Below the pieces are notes generated by a model. That model was not told where the DNA came from, ran no database searches, and saw only the letters and a program-made list of their open reading frames with translations. From assembly GCA_028534125.1 (NCBI GenBank), contig CM052816.1:73348001-73412000 (forward strand): DNA of 64,000 nucleotides. The letters run 5' to 3'. This stretch comes from Lama glama. Taxonomy: Eukaryota. Positions 1 to 12,289 of this stretch are shown here, piece after piece; positions within the stretch are counted from its first letter, which is position 1, and each line of letters begins with the position of its first letter. The position numbers were made by a program, and so were the translations under genes.

Positions 1-19
1 TGCTAACAAGAGCAGTTTT

Positions 20-115
20 CTGATATCGTAACTTCTGGGAGTAAGGACCATCTATTCTAATTGTTAACAAGATTTTCAAATGATTCTTAAGCACATTAAC
101 TTTTAAAAACTACTC
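20..115. mobile_element. MER5-like hAT-Charlie fragment (degraded)
   Basis: TTAACAAGATTTTCAAATGATTCTTAAGCACATTAACTTTTAAAAACTACT resembles the MER5 terminal region (TTAACAAGCTCCCCAGGTGATTCTGATGCAC...GAGAACCACTG). Confidence 0.45.
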
Positions 116-959
116 TTCTAAGTTCTTTCAGGAATCTTTTTGGAAAGACAACAGGGAGAGTTTTGGCAGGTAGCCAGTGAGCAGATATCTAAGAGCATTA
201 TTCTCTTATGCTATAAAAAGATACTCTAATGCAAATAACAGTAATTTGTAAGATTTGTGGCGGAGACATACATTTTGCCAAATGGAGATTTCATACTAGA
301 GCCATTTATTAGCTATATATTGACATTTACTATACATAGATGGTTTAATTTTATTTATGAGCCAGATATTGTTTTTCTATCTTATTACTTTCATATGTCA
401 GCTTAATACAAGCTGTAACATGCTTACACACTTGGCAGCACCTTTTATTAAGAATTTAGGAAAAAGTGAAAGAGCTCAGATAGAAAAGTACATTCCCCAA
501 ACTACTGATCCATGAGGCCAATGTTATCAAACACTTTAAAGAAGTTCCCATCAAAAATTATTTTCTAGTTTTCTAGTTCTAATTTTCTAGTGTGGGTTAT
601 GTTTCAGTTATATGGAAAATATATTCATGGGGAAAGATATTCTTTAACCATCTCAGATAAACTAGACATAACTAAGATTATGTTTTCATATTACTTCTTT
701 CTTATTTGTTTATAGATCCATAATAAAATATAAAAAATAAAACCATTTGAGGGAGTGAAATAGAAAAAGATACAACATATCAACAACCATCATGGAGTGA
801 CACATATGCAAAGGCAGAACGAAACAAATACGAAGAAGTACCAAGAAATATATAGTGTAGGGAGACGAAGGAATAAAAAGGGGCAGAAAGGTAACATCTC
901 CCCTACGCACCCTGTCCCACCCAGATCACCTTCACTTTCAGCATTTTCTGGTTAAAAAA

Positions 960-1310
960 GAGTGGTCTTCAGGCATTAACGCATTCAACCTCTCCCTCCC
1001 CATAATTTCACCACAACATACCCACTTACCTACCCCCATACACGTTTTACCTTTTTCCTCTGATCTGAGAAAGAAGTGATCCTGCTGTCTAAGGCTATCT
1101 TTATACTTCCATTTCTCCTCTCCTGACAGCTTCCCTCCCTTTCAAGTCACCTTCTATTCACAGGCAAAGTTTATATCAAAAAGTCTTGACAAACACTTCC
1201 ATTTAGTTATTGCCCATTCTTTCTTCAACTCACTTGTAATTGAATTCCACTCCCACTGTGCCACTAAAATTACTCTTACTAATGTCACCAGTGGTTAAGC
1301 CTAATGGAAG
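960..1310 (+). mobile_element. L2 LINE ORF2 (RT region) fragment
   Basis: CCACTAAAATTACTCTTACTAATGTCACCAGTG resembles L2 CCACTGAAACTGCTCTTGTCAAGGTCACCAATG; boundaries approximate. Confidence 0.55.
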
Positions 1311-2364
1311 TTTTGTGTTTGTTTTTTTTTTTTAACTTATGTGTATCTTTAATTCTAATTCATTAATTTTACTTTTGAAAAATCTTGAATTATAAAATGT
1401 TATGATTATAATTTCGCTGTTTACTATTAGTTTGGGGAAAATACAGCCCTCTGTTTCCTTCTAGCATGAAGACTACCCCAATTGTTTAAAACTTAAGTTT
1501 TATAGGGCACTATTATCTTTACAATGCTAAACCACAGCATGCATGTATACCAGGGACAGAAATGCTTCTAAAGACAGACACCAGTCCCACACACAGAGGT
1601 ATCATCAATACAATAACAAAACAGCAGCCACAGACTCTGTCCACACAGCATATTTTAGCACACTAGTCCCACTGACATGTTAGACACTAGCTTCAATAGC
1701 AACAGACCAGCCAAGACCTATAAATTGCCACTTCTTTTTACAGTTTACTAATGCTGAAAACTTTCACAGAAGTTTCTCATGCAGTTTCTTGGTGTTTTGT
1801 TTGGTTGGCAGTAAACTGTGTTTTTTGACTCTATATGAGTTTTTTTTTAATTTACATAGGTACTTTAGCAATCAGACTAGATGAGATAAAAATGTATTTT
1901 TAAGTGATTACAAGAGTTAACTGTTTTACAGAGTTGCAGTCTCCCTGATTTTCATTCCCACCCATCAAAGTGAAGAAGAAAGTGGCCAGTACTCTGAGTA
2001 TGGGTCATCATTCATATGGATCAGTCTTAAGCAGAAAATGGTTGCTTCAAACTCTCCTCTGGCCACTGGGAAAATCATTTAAAAATGACTATACAATACC
2101 TCATCACAAATGTTCTGGCTTTTCAGACACAGACATGGAAGAGATTGTAGTCTATCAAAAAAAGAAATAATACTCTCAATTTTCCAAGAGTTTTTTTTTT
2201 ACCATCTTTGACTATTCTGACACTGTCAGTCCTCATTCTTCCTCCTGCTGTTCATATACAGGTAAATAGCTGTATCTTGATATGAGGAGTGAGAATACAT
2301 GTAAGTTTAATGTGAACATGACAATTAGTGCTATATGATAATAAATGGAAAAAAATTGACTTTA

Positions 2365-2470
2365 TAGTTATTATTTATGATTTACTATATTATTATATAT
2401 CAATGATGTACATATTGATATATTATGATAAATAATTATTTTATTATAATTTATTATTATTTATTATTCA
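2365..2470. repeat. AT-rich low-complexity tract, (TTA)n-like
   Basis: Nearly pure A/T with repeated TTATTA. Confidence 0.7.
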
Positions 2471-2639
2471 TAAATGTCTTTTTCAGGTTTTAATGTACCA
2501 TGAAGGATCCTTTTAACCTACCTCTCTCTTTAGACTGCAGCAAAAATAGTAATAGTAATAATAGTTATTATTACTATTAATAGTTTCTCTGATCAGTTAT
2601 TAGGATGATACTTTAATATGGAAATTACAGCAATAATAA

Positions 2640-2866
2640 AGTAGCTAGTAAGCATTAAGTTACTGGGCATTTAATAAGTGCCAAGTACTGTTTTATGTGC
2701 TTCATAGGTATTGTCCCTTTAATAATATGGGGCCTCAGTATAATACATTATTATTAATATCCCCATTTTTAAGTGAGGAAAGGGAGGTATGGAGAGAGAA
2801 AGCACATTGTCTAGGATCACAGGGGTAGTAAATGACAGAGACAGGATTTGAGCTGACACTGTCTTT
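2640..2866 (-). mobile_element. MIR SINE
   Basis: Reverse-complement MIR core: ATCCCCATTTTTAAGTGAGGAAA...GGATCACAGGGGTAGTAAATGACAGAGACAGGATTTGA. Confidence 0.8.
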
Positions 2867-2884
2867 TTCTGGAGCATGCACTCT

Positions 2885-2996
2885 TTTTTTGTTGTATTTT
2901 TTTGAAGTATAGTATGTTTACAATATTGTGTCAATTTCTGGTGTACAGCATAATATTTCAGTCACACATGTACATACATATATATTCAATTTCATA
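2885..2996 (-). mobile_element. Very short 5'-truncated L1 (3' UTR end, 112 bp) with 18-bp target-site duplication
   Basis: Reverse complement closely matches the 3' end of the L1 at 61210-61320; flanked by TTCTGGAGCATGCACTCT (2867-2884) and TTCTGGAGCATGGACTCT (2997-3014). Confidence 0.9.
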
Positions 2997-3179
2997 TTCT
3001 GGAGCATGGACTCTGAAAGAACATCTAATGAAGATGAGGATTTCAGGCCATGTCATGTCAAGAGACTTACATGGAAAAAGATCTTTATGACACCATTTAA
3101 ATACCATGTTATGGATTCAATAATATTTTCAGGAGGGAAAAAAGGGAGAATAACTGTCTCTAAGGAGAACAAAAAAGGG

Positions 3180-3330
3180 ATGATCTTATGGAAATGAAGA
3201 GATCTCAAAGCTTGCTTTGAAGGACTAAAAGGAGTTTTATAGGACAAAGTGAGGCAGCACATTCCAAGCAAAGGGAATAATAGCAAGAAAGGCACAGAGG
3301 TGCAAGAGGGCATTTTAGTTTCAGGAGCCT
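3180..3330 (-). mobile_element. L2 fragment
   Basis: CATTCCAAGCAAAGGGAATAATAGCAAGAAAGGCACAGAGG, the typical antisense L2 3' motif. Confidence 0.6.
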
Positions 3331-4169
3331 TAACAGATAAGATGAACTAAAATTATTATTATTTTCATTGTTATTGCTATTGGCCAGAGAGATTTGACTA
3401 TTCCATTTTTTTTTTGAGATTGAACCTAACGACAATCAACCGCTTCTGCACACCTGGAAGTCAAATGACTGCCCTTTGTTTTCAGAAATCTGCCTTTACC
3501 TCTAATTACAGTCGTGGCTCATAGGCCTGGTGGGCAAATTGCTTAAGCCGGCTCTTCGGGGCTGAGCTCCCTGAGACATTACTCTCAACACTCCTGTAGG
3601 TCCTGGTTTCATGTTACATCCTTTACATGCTTTCACCATGTCACTTCCTACAGTCAGCCCTGAATTTTGAGGTTTTTAGATTTTTAGGTTTAAGGATTTA
3701 AGATTTTTAGGGTTTAAGAATAGCCTCAACTATGCAACCAGCTGACAATGCTAAAAGCAGATGTGCTATCTTCCAGAGAGGCTAAGAAACTGTAAGAAAA
3801 ACTGGTTCTTTACTACCTGGATTGTGGCTAAAGCCTATCAAATAGTAGCTACTATGAAGCCTAAAGAAAAAAGGTACTTTGGTCCTAGTGCCCTGTTAGA
3901 CATATTTGGGGCAAAGGAAAGCACATTTCTATGGAAATTTTCAAGTTATTAAAAATGAGATAAAAACAAATGAGAGGAAAACAGAAATTTAGCTCATGGA
4001 CCTAAAATCACCATATGAGAGATAGCAAATAAGAAACTATTCTAATCTCAAAAGGTTAGGGGAAAACAACCCAACCTCTTAATATTACTCTTTGAAAACT
4101 CTCCTCATGTGATCCTCTTATGACAGTTTTAACCTTTTTGATCAATAAATATATTATTATTTTCAGGTT

Positions 4170-4560
4170 ATTTATTTATTCAACAAATACTGATCAAACA
4201 CTATAATCCAGGTGCTATGTGACATACTGGGTATAAAACAATGACAACTGGAGAAGATTTGGTCCTCCCACATTTCAGAGTATAGTCAAGGAACCAGGTA
4301 CTAAACAAATAAACACACAATAGTTCTGAAACAATAGAAATGGGCACACTAAGACTGACTGACTGGAAGGGATGTAGGTTTTACTGTGGAATTAGGGAAA
4401 GTTTGCCTGAAGACATGACATTCAAACTAAAACCTGAACATTTTATTATGTTTACTACTTAGCAAGGTGAAAAGTGTGGGCGCAGGGGTATTGTAAACAG
4501 ACCAATTAGGGGTTGGTGCAAAGGTCCTGGGGCAAAAGGGAGAGTGCCTCTCCCAAAATC
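4170..4560 (-). mobile_element. L2 3' end
   Basis: ATTTATTCAACAAATACTG...CCAGGTGCTATG, the antisense L2 tail, followed by GTGCAAAGGTCCTGGGGCA. Confidence 0.7.
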
Positions 4561-5554
4561 TAAAAAGCAGACATGGTGTTGGCTGGATCCTTCCCCTTTT
4601 CTCTCAATATGTGGGGTGACAGAATAACTTCAGTAAAAAGTATATGTGCTTAATTAGCCTACCGTAACCTTAAAAAGAAAAAGCATATAGGCAAAAGAGC
4701 ATAACATATAACACAAAGAGCACAGTGGCTGGTTCTTCATGACTCGTTTTTGCTGCCATCCACCTTGGTTGTTAAGAATTCCTACAATCAAGTTGACTGA
4801 GGAGCCATCACCTGTGGCATCTCAGCTAGGGTTTCCTGGACTTTTTGCTGGGTCTGCTTAACGCAGAAGTACTTCTAGAATTGTTCTAGAACAGCCCACT
4901 CCATTTCCCAAGATAGTCATTTTGATGACTGAACAAAAGGAGAGAGTAAACTATTTGGAATGTGCCCAGGTAATAAAAACCTGAATTTAATTTTAATAAA
5001 TTATGTGAACTAGAACATGTTGCCAAACATATCTTTGTTTCTCCACCATGAAAGTAGAAACAGCACAAATGTATATGATTTTTAATAATTCTGTGGAGAT
5101 TGCACTTTACTCAGGAATGGAAATCCAATATAAGACAAAATTACAGTATTAATAAATTCTAACTAGTTTATGGGTTTTGTATCAGAGTTAAATAAAGCTC
5201 AAGGTGACATTTATTTACTTCATGTTTTAGTGAGCAGTGTTGATTTATTATGTCAGACACAATTGAAAACACACTTCCCTAAAGTACTATAGAAGAATTC
5301 CACACAAAGTTGATGTAACCCCTTATAACTTAAAAATAAAGGTTCTTATTGAATCAAATATTCTTGAAATCGTTTTAGTTTCTTTTTTGTATAATATACA
5401 TTTATTATTAGCATATCAGCATCACAATTTTCTCATTCGAGGTAAGGGTTTTTGAGTTAGATTATCTTGAAAGGGATTTCTGGACCCAAAATTTTACTAT
5501 TTGGGGCATAGATATAAACTACATGAATGGTTTTACAAACTAATATGTGCATTA

Positions 5555-5700
5555 GGGGGATCTGCCTCAGTTGGCAAATGAGGTAACTTAACTGAAGTTT
5601 AGAGACACTAAGTGATTTGCCCAAGTTTACTAAATATAAAAATGAGACTAAGGAGAATATTGTTCTGTACCACTTCCCAAATTCAAACTAGTGCATTTAA
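5555..5700 (-). mobile_element. MIR fragment
   Basis: CAAATGAGG...ACTGAAGTTTAGAGACACTAAGTGATTTGCCCAAG. Confidence 0.6.
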
Positions 5701-7499
5701 ATAGAAAATCCAATGGAATTCCAAAGACTTGCCCTACAAAGCTTTAAAGATAATAATCTCTAAACAAATGAATAGCATTTGGAAATATAAAAACATGCCA
5801 AAGTCTCTACATTCTCTAGCAAAAGTATCCTTTGGCTTCTTTTCTGTTTCATATTACAATATCACATAATATATGAACATTTTAAACAATATTTAACAAG
5901 GTGATTAGGGAATATGTGAGTCTGCTAGAGGATTTGGTGCAATCTTACTTCAAAAAAAAAATAAAGTAAAGCATGTTAGGCCTGAAGGGAACCTAAAATA
6001 CCCTTTAACTACCATAAGTAAAAGAAACAACATGTACACATGACAGCATAAAGAATTTTCAATAAAATATGATTTATAGTATTAGGCTGGTTTCAATGGC
6101 ACAGTGGGACCTCTAGCATTTTTGTCTTTGTTGTCATTGAAACTTGTCCCCCCTACACCCCTGTATTTGGACCACCACTGGTAAATGAAATTTTTGTCTC
6201 AGATGTTTCTTTGTCCAAAGGACAACATTGCTGGTGCCAGAACTTTACTAAATGCCATAAAATACACATATTTGAGGAGATGTCTTGGAAGATTGGAGTG
6301 TTGTATCTTTCTGCAAGAGATTTAAAATGCTAGCTTATCTGGTCAATTTAAAAGCAAACTAGAGAAAAGTTTAAAATTTAGAGGCAGCATTTTCTAGGGA
6401 AAACCATTATTTTCTATAGAAATAATGTACTCAGAGGTGGAAACATATGAAAGGTGAGAGAGAGACTTTAATTTTTGAAGCTCTATAATAGTGAGTCTTT
6501 TGGTATGGCATCTATAATTTCAATTATATGATTTATAAGTTATCTTAAAGTACACAGAAAGGATTAATTGACCACTAAAATAACTGAGGAGAGCTAGGAA
6601 TTTCTTTTATTTTCAATAGGGAACTAATTTCCTATCATATCATGGACATCTAGGTGATATTTTATAACTAATTTCAAGCCTTTGTGGTTGCATTCTCTAA
6701 ATAACCTCAGATAGCTTTCCCTTGATATGATCAACTGTAAAGTTGAAATAGTATTACTGAGGTACGTATATTATGAAAAAGTGTCTTTTAAATGCATACT
6801 TTTAAACACTGAGTGTGGGAGATAAATATAAGACATTTTGGTTAAAAAAAACAATGTTAGTGAAAGCTTTTTATCTTAATCTATTTTTCTATTTATTTTT
6901 GTCAGTTATATAAAAATATATTTCTCATATTTATTTCTTTGTTTTCCAAATAGAAAGAAGTAAAGAACTTTGTTCTGTGCTAAACAAAATAAAAAAACAA
7001 TTAAAGAACGTATCTTCAAATGTAATTAATCTTTTTGCCCTTGATTAAATTAAGGAAAATGTTTTCTTTTGGCAAACACACATACAATTTATTTGTGACT
7101 ACACTGGTCTGTGTTATGTCATTTTAAGTGAGATACCATTCTAATCCACAATTAGATTTTGCATTGTTCATGTGTCATGATTACAGCAACTGGCAAAAAC
7201 AGTATGATTTTCTGCCACAAATGATGGTAGTATTCCCCTGCTCCCCCGTACTCCTTGGCACTTTTCTTTCCTTTTCTCACACTCCCAATCTGAGGTCTGC
7301 ATGCTTCATTTGGTTTAGACGAGCAATTAATTTTATAAAGTTGTGTAAAAGTTTTAGATGCAAGTTCATTTGGTAGGATTGCTTGGGTTTCAAGTGACAG
7401 AAAGATAGTTCTATTCTTGGGAATAAAAGACCGACCCAAGGAAGGAATCAATAAAAAATTATACTCAGTTCATGGCTCATTATATTTGATCATGCACAA

Positions 7500-7720
7500 T
7501 CTCTCTCATGTTTTTAGTTATTTATTACACTTTTTCCCCATGTTCTACTCCCATCCCCTTCCCTCCACCCTGAAGGCAAATATCCCAACTTTTTTAATAT
7601 GTATAGCCACATCAATGCCTGAATTTTTACTTTATGTAAATGGTGTTATATTTTGTGTATCAATCTGTTTCTTACATTTTTTTCTTAGCTCTATGCCTTT
7701 AAAATCCTTCCTTGCTTAAC
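7500..7720 (-). mobile_element. Old L1 (L1M) 3' fragment
   Basis: TTTTACTTTATGTAAATGGTGTTATATTTTGTGTATCAATCTG resembles antisense L1MC/L1ME 3' sequence. Confidence 0.5.
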
Positions 7721-7761
7721 TATGCAAAGAGTAAACTTTTACACAACGTAGAAATGTGTGT

Positions 7762-7885
7762 TACAGTCCTGGTCTTGCCATTAATTTACTTGGTGACCTT
7801 GAATGAGCCATCTACATTCTTTGTGTCTAAGCTTCCTTGTTTAAAAAAAAAATGAGGAGATTGACTTAGAATATATCTCAAGTTT
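7762..7885 (+). mobile_element. MIR/MIR3 fragment
   Basis: GTCCTGGTCTTGCCATTAATTTACTTGGTGACCTTG...AAAATGAGGAGATTGACTTAG. Confidence 0.65.
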
Positions 7886-8158
7886 TATAAATAAATCATA
7901 CTAAAAGAAAAAAATGCTATGAAATTGATAAATCCTATAGATACATGGCGGGGGGGAGATGTTGGGAGAAGAGAGTGCAAACAACCTTGCTCACTGACAA
8001 AGTTGGAGAGCTCTGAGAATTCAAAGAGGAAGATAAGAAGGAAACAAGAGGGGCCTTGGCAGCAACTGGTGTTAGATCTCAGGTTGCATGTCATGACATC
8101 CAAATGGGTTGTCTTGATGACATTACCTTTAGCCACTCACAGTTGGGGCTAAGGTGTA

Positions 8159-8597
8159 TGTATTAGGCAGGTTCTCCAGAGAAATAAAACCAAAAGGATA
8201 TATTTAGATAAACAAGGGATTTATTATGAGAATTGGCTTATGGAGGCTGAGAAGTCCCACAACAGCTTCTGCATGATGGAGAATCAGGAATGCTGATGGT
8301 ATAATTCCATCTGAGTCCAAAGTCCTGAGAAACCAGGAACTCCAGCGTCCGAGGGCAGGACAAGATGGAAGGCCCAGCTCAAGGAAAGAGAGAGAGAATT
8401 CATCTTTCCTCCCCCTTTTTGTTTCTTTAGGACCCTGAATGGACTGGATGATTCTTGTCTTCTTTACTCAGTCTACTCAGTCAAATGCTAACTAGAAACT
8501 AGAAACTCCCTCACAGACAAACCCAGAAATAATGTTTTACCAGCAATCTGGGCATCTCTTATACCAGCCAACCTGAATCAAAAAATTAACAATTCCA
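8159..8597 (-). mobile_element. MLT2 (ERVL) solo LTR
   Basis: TGTATTAG..GTTCTCCAGAGAAA start, GGAGGCTGAGAAGTCCCAC, CTCACAGACAAACCCAGAAATAATGTTTTACCAGC and TTAACAATTCCA end match antisense MLT2. Confidence 0.85.
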
Positions 8598-9849
8598 TGT
8601 GCATTGTGAAATGTAGATCCTTGGGAAGTGAAATGAGAATAGGTGACATGCCTTCCAACTAGAAAACAGAGCCTACAAGAGCGGAAATAATAGGTCTTTG
8701 AAGGTGGATCAGGAGGGTTTTCTTGGATATCCAGTAAGCAAGTAGATAGCTATGGGGAAGCTTTTTAACCTAATAAAGCCACATTCAGTATGTATTTGGG
8801 GATCAATGCAAATCAGTATATTTTGTGACTAAGTTTACATCCTGGAAAAGAAAGGATGCACAAATGATGGTAATGAAGGGAAAGGGTTTTTAAACTAATG
8901 GTGACCTGAAATTCCTTAGAGTCTTCTTGCAGATAAGCACGTATGGCTTGATAGTTCACCTTTGGACTTAACACTCTAATATATCTTTCTGTTAAATATT
9001 GCCCATTATTATAGATAAATCCCATGAATGTTAGAAAACAGAGACTCATTTTTAACAAATATTTCAGAGAAATAAATATAATAAATCTACCCACTAAAAT
9101 GTTTCAGATCATTTTCGGTGATGTTATCCATTGAATTTTGCCATACTGCTGCATTTAAGATGTTACATTTACACAGGATCACAGATAACTCTGTCTTTTG
9201 TTAAAGGATATTAACCCTAAAATTACAACCATCTTAAGAAGAGGAGATATTTTTAACAAGATTTGTTTAAAAGTGGGGAGTAGACTTTAATTAAAATTAA
9301 AATTCCCTTTGAATATGCAATATTTATACTACTTATTTGTTACATTCTGTAAAGTGTCTGAGATTCTGGTGATAAAAATTCCTGCCAAAAAGACTGTTAT
9401 TTCCTGGAAATGGTTCCTTATGTTTAAAATAAATGAATTTAGAATAGTTTCCAGAAGAGTCATCATCTAAACAAGGAACTCGGAGTACTTAAACTGAAAA
9501 CCATAGCCAGTGGCTGTCTATACAGTCTGACTGTAGGGATTTGGGTCTAAATAAGCCACATTGGCTGCTTACACAGGGTAATGACTTAATTCAATGTATT
9601 ACTGGGCCTATATTAACAATTCCTAAAGGAGGGAGAACAATTGGGTTGTATACATCAATATTTATTTAAATAATTATCTCTTGAGTCAGTTGTTCTTAAA
9701 TAGTTGCAGTCATCATTGCTAAATTTAAATTCAATATTTTTTCATTGTTTAAAATTAAGCATTGGCTTAGATTCTTAGGGTTCAAAGATAAATGAGATAT
9801 AAAACCTCAGGAAATTCTCTTTATTTACCTCATCAGCATAGCTTGATCA

Positions 9850-10550
9850 ATTCCCTTCTCACCCACCCACCCCACACTCCCCAAGTACAAACCCCCATTA
9901 TCTCTTCTGAACTACCGCTGGAATGTTCTCACTGATCTCAAAACACCCCATTCTCAGTACATCCTCTGAAGTCATTCTTTACATTACAACGTGGTTGTTT
10001 GTAATGCCAGTTTGATGATGCCCCTTCCACTTCCAAACTTTAATGTCTTCTTATTGTCCTTAGGATAAAAACCTAAATCTCTAAGACCATGTGCACGGTC
10101 TTGCATGATCAAAGGCCCCTGACTATCTCTAGACTCAGCTTTGGCCTCTTTCTCTTCTTGTCTGTATTCCAACATTGTACATTGGACTGTCCTGTTTTAA
10201 TCCTTTAAACATGCTTTGATGCTTAGGGCCATGCATGCTCTTCTCTCTGCCTAGTACATTAGCATCTGTATCCCCTTCACCATTTACTTTCAAATTTTGT
10301 TGTGGGTCTTAGCTCAAATAGCATTTTTGCGGGGGTGATCTTTCTTCTCCACCATGTCATTCCCCATTTCACACTTGCATAGCACCCTGCACATTTCCTT
10401 CAAAAAAAAAAATCACGTGTAATAATCATTCATTAGGTTATTTATGCCTGTTTCCTTCACTAGACTGTAAGTTTCCATTAAAATATCTTTGATTGTTTTG
10501 CGCTATTGTTTCTGCAATATCTTGCAGACCGCTTACCACCCTAAATGCAA
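9850..10550 (+). mobile_element. L2 3' region
   Basis: TTAGGATAAAACCTAAATCTCT, CACTAGACTGTAAGTTTCCAT and other L2 3' motifs. Confidence 0.7.
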
Positions 10551-11472
10551 AGGAAGGAAGGAAAGATGAGAGAAGGGAGAGGTGGAGGGATGGAGGAAAT
10601 CATCTCACTTGCCAGGAATTTATTGTTTTGCTTCATTTTGTTCTGTTTCTGCTGTCGGGTAGACGTTAAAACATGGATATGTTTACTTTAAGTGGACCAA
10701 ATGGTGTCTGAAAATCAGAATATATAGTAAACGCTATTAAAAAGAACTAATTTTCTTGGCTTCTTATTTTCTCAAGTTTCATACAGGACTGAGACGTGGC
10801 TAAGCAATTTGAAAACCACGTGTACATAAGTAATCGAATTGTTTTATGATACAGAAAATAAAATGCATTAATCTTAGTTTTTTAACCTGAGTGTTAAGGA
10901 ATAGAACTGGGGAAACTTTGTCAGGTAAAAGCTCTCCATACCTCTTAGCACAATGAAAAGTATTTTTAAGAAATATGTTTTGTGACCAGCAAAATCCATT
11001 AACAATCCCCAGGAAATTAAAATAGAATCTGGGTAATAAAATAAATTCTAACATTTTGTTTTTCCTTTTCCTTTGCGCTTAGGCTAGTTTCATTTGTTTA
11101 CAGGGTGTGGTTTGCCTGCCCTGCATCCAGCCCTTCAGACAGAGTACATGGGAGATGACTCAGTGGCCACCTCAGCTTGGGGACTGTGTGCAGCAGTGCC
11201 AGCCACGCCACTGCAATTCAAGATGGTGGAGAAGGGCCGTGTGCAGAGGCGCTGTGCCCCACACGGTGTCTGCAGTTTGAGCAGTGTAGCTGCGCCCGCT
11301 CTGCAAGAATTCTGCCCCTTCCCTCCTCCCTTTGCAGAGGAGAACCCTGTAAAGCAGCCCACCCATGGTCTTTCAGAGAGTGTGCACGCCCTGGAGTGCC
11401 AGCTCTCACCTCTCCATTCTCTGATCAAAGAATAAAGATCTCCTTTGCTTCTGGACAAATTCAGTCTCATTC

Positions 11473-12020
11473 TGCTATGTAGTTAGATAGGTGGGGACAC
11501 CGGGCAGGTAGGTGGAGGAGAGGGAGGATGGTCTGGAAGATGAGTTATGCCCTCCTCTAGCATAAAGGGACTTTCCTTCTAAATGAGTGCCAGAAAGAAA
11601 TTGGTTAGAACCTGACAGCCACGACTGCGTGGTAGCAGAAAGGACTTAACTAGACACTGCCCAATGTTCATTGTATTATAATTAACATTGCAGTTTAGCC
11701 CCCCAACCCCATGGATTTTTTTTTGTGTACACCCTGGGTAAGGACATGTGCAAAGGGCCAAACATGACTAAGCATTCCAGGGACAAGGGCCTCAATCAAT
11801 CAAAAGACCACATCCAAGTAAAGCTATAAGAGAAAGGGGAGACAAAAACCACTGCTTCTTCCTCTCTGGGATCAGCCCACCTCAGGTTCTTGGAGGTGTA
11901 CTTTTCCTTTTCTAAATAAATCTTTTAAAATCTTTTTGCTACACAAAGCTTTCCGTCTCCCATCTGTAAATCTTTTCTTTGGTAAGACAAGAACTAGGGT
12001 CTTTACCTTTTGGGGTAACA
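11473..12020 (+). mobile_element. Inner ERV1-like solo LTR (about 548 bp)
   Basis: TGCTA...TAACA termini; 4-bp flanks ATTC/GTTC; CCAAT (11661), TATAA (11825) and AATAAA (11915-11920) in U3-R-U5 order. Confidence 0.75.
11567..11576 (+). promoter_or_regulatory. Perfect NF-kB motif GGGACTTTCC in LTR U3
   Basis: Exact match to the canonical Ig-kappa/HIV kB site; function not shown. Confidence 0.5.
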
Positions 12021-12289
12021 GTTCTATCTGCACCAAAGACAAAGGGCAAGAGGACCCTTGTTGGGGCCCGGCTCAAGAGGGTTGGTAACAATTTTGAGCC
12101 CAGTCTTGAAAGTCAAAAGCCATTAATTCTGGTCCTAGCCACTGAGGGGCCATGGACAATCACAACTGTCAGGGAACTAGAAATCATTTAGGCAGTAGTC
12201 TGTCCCCTTTATTTTGAAGATGATACAACCTAAGAGCTCCTGAAGATCATACAGAGACACAAAGGTATGTGGCTGTAGGGCAAGGGAAA

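Larger units (their letters stand above)
11095..12090 (+). mobile_element. Outer ERV1-like solo LTR, interrupted by a second LTR
   Basis: Begins TGTTTAC (11095) and ends GGTAACA (12090), with ATTT on both flanks; AATAAA at 11431-11436; the U5-like sequence reads continuously across the insert (...CAGTCTCATTC | TATCTGCACC...GAGGACCCTTGTTGGGG...GGTAACA). Confidence 0.65.
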
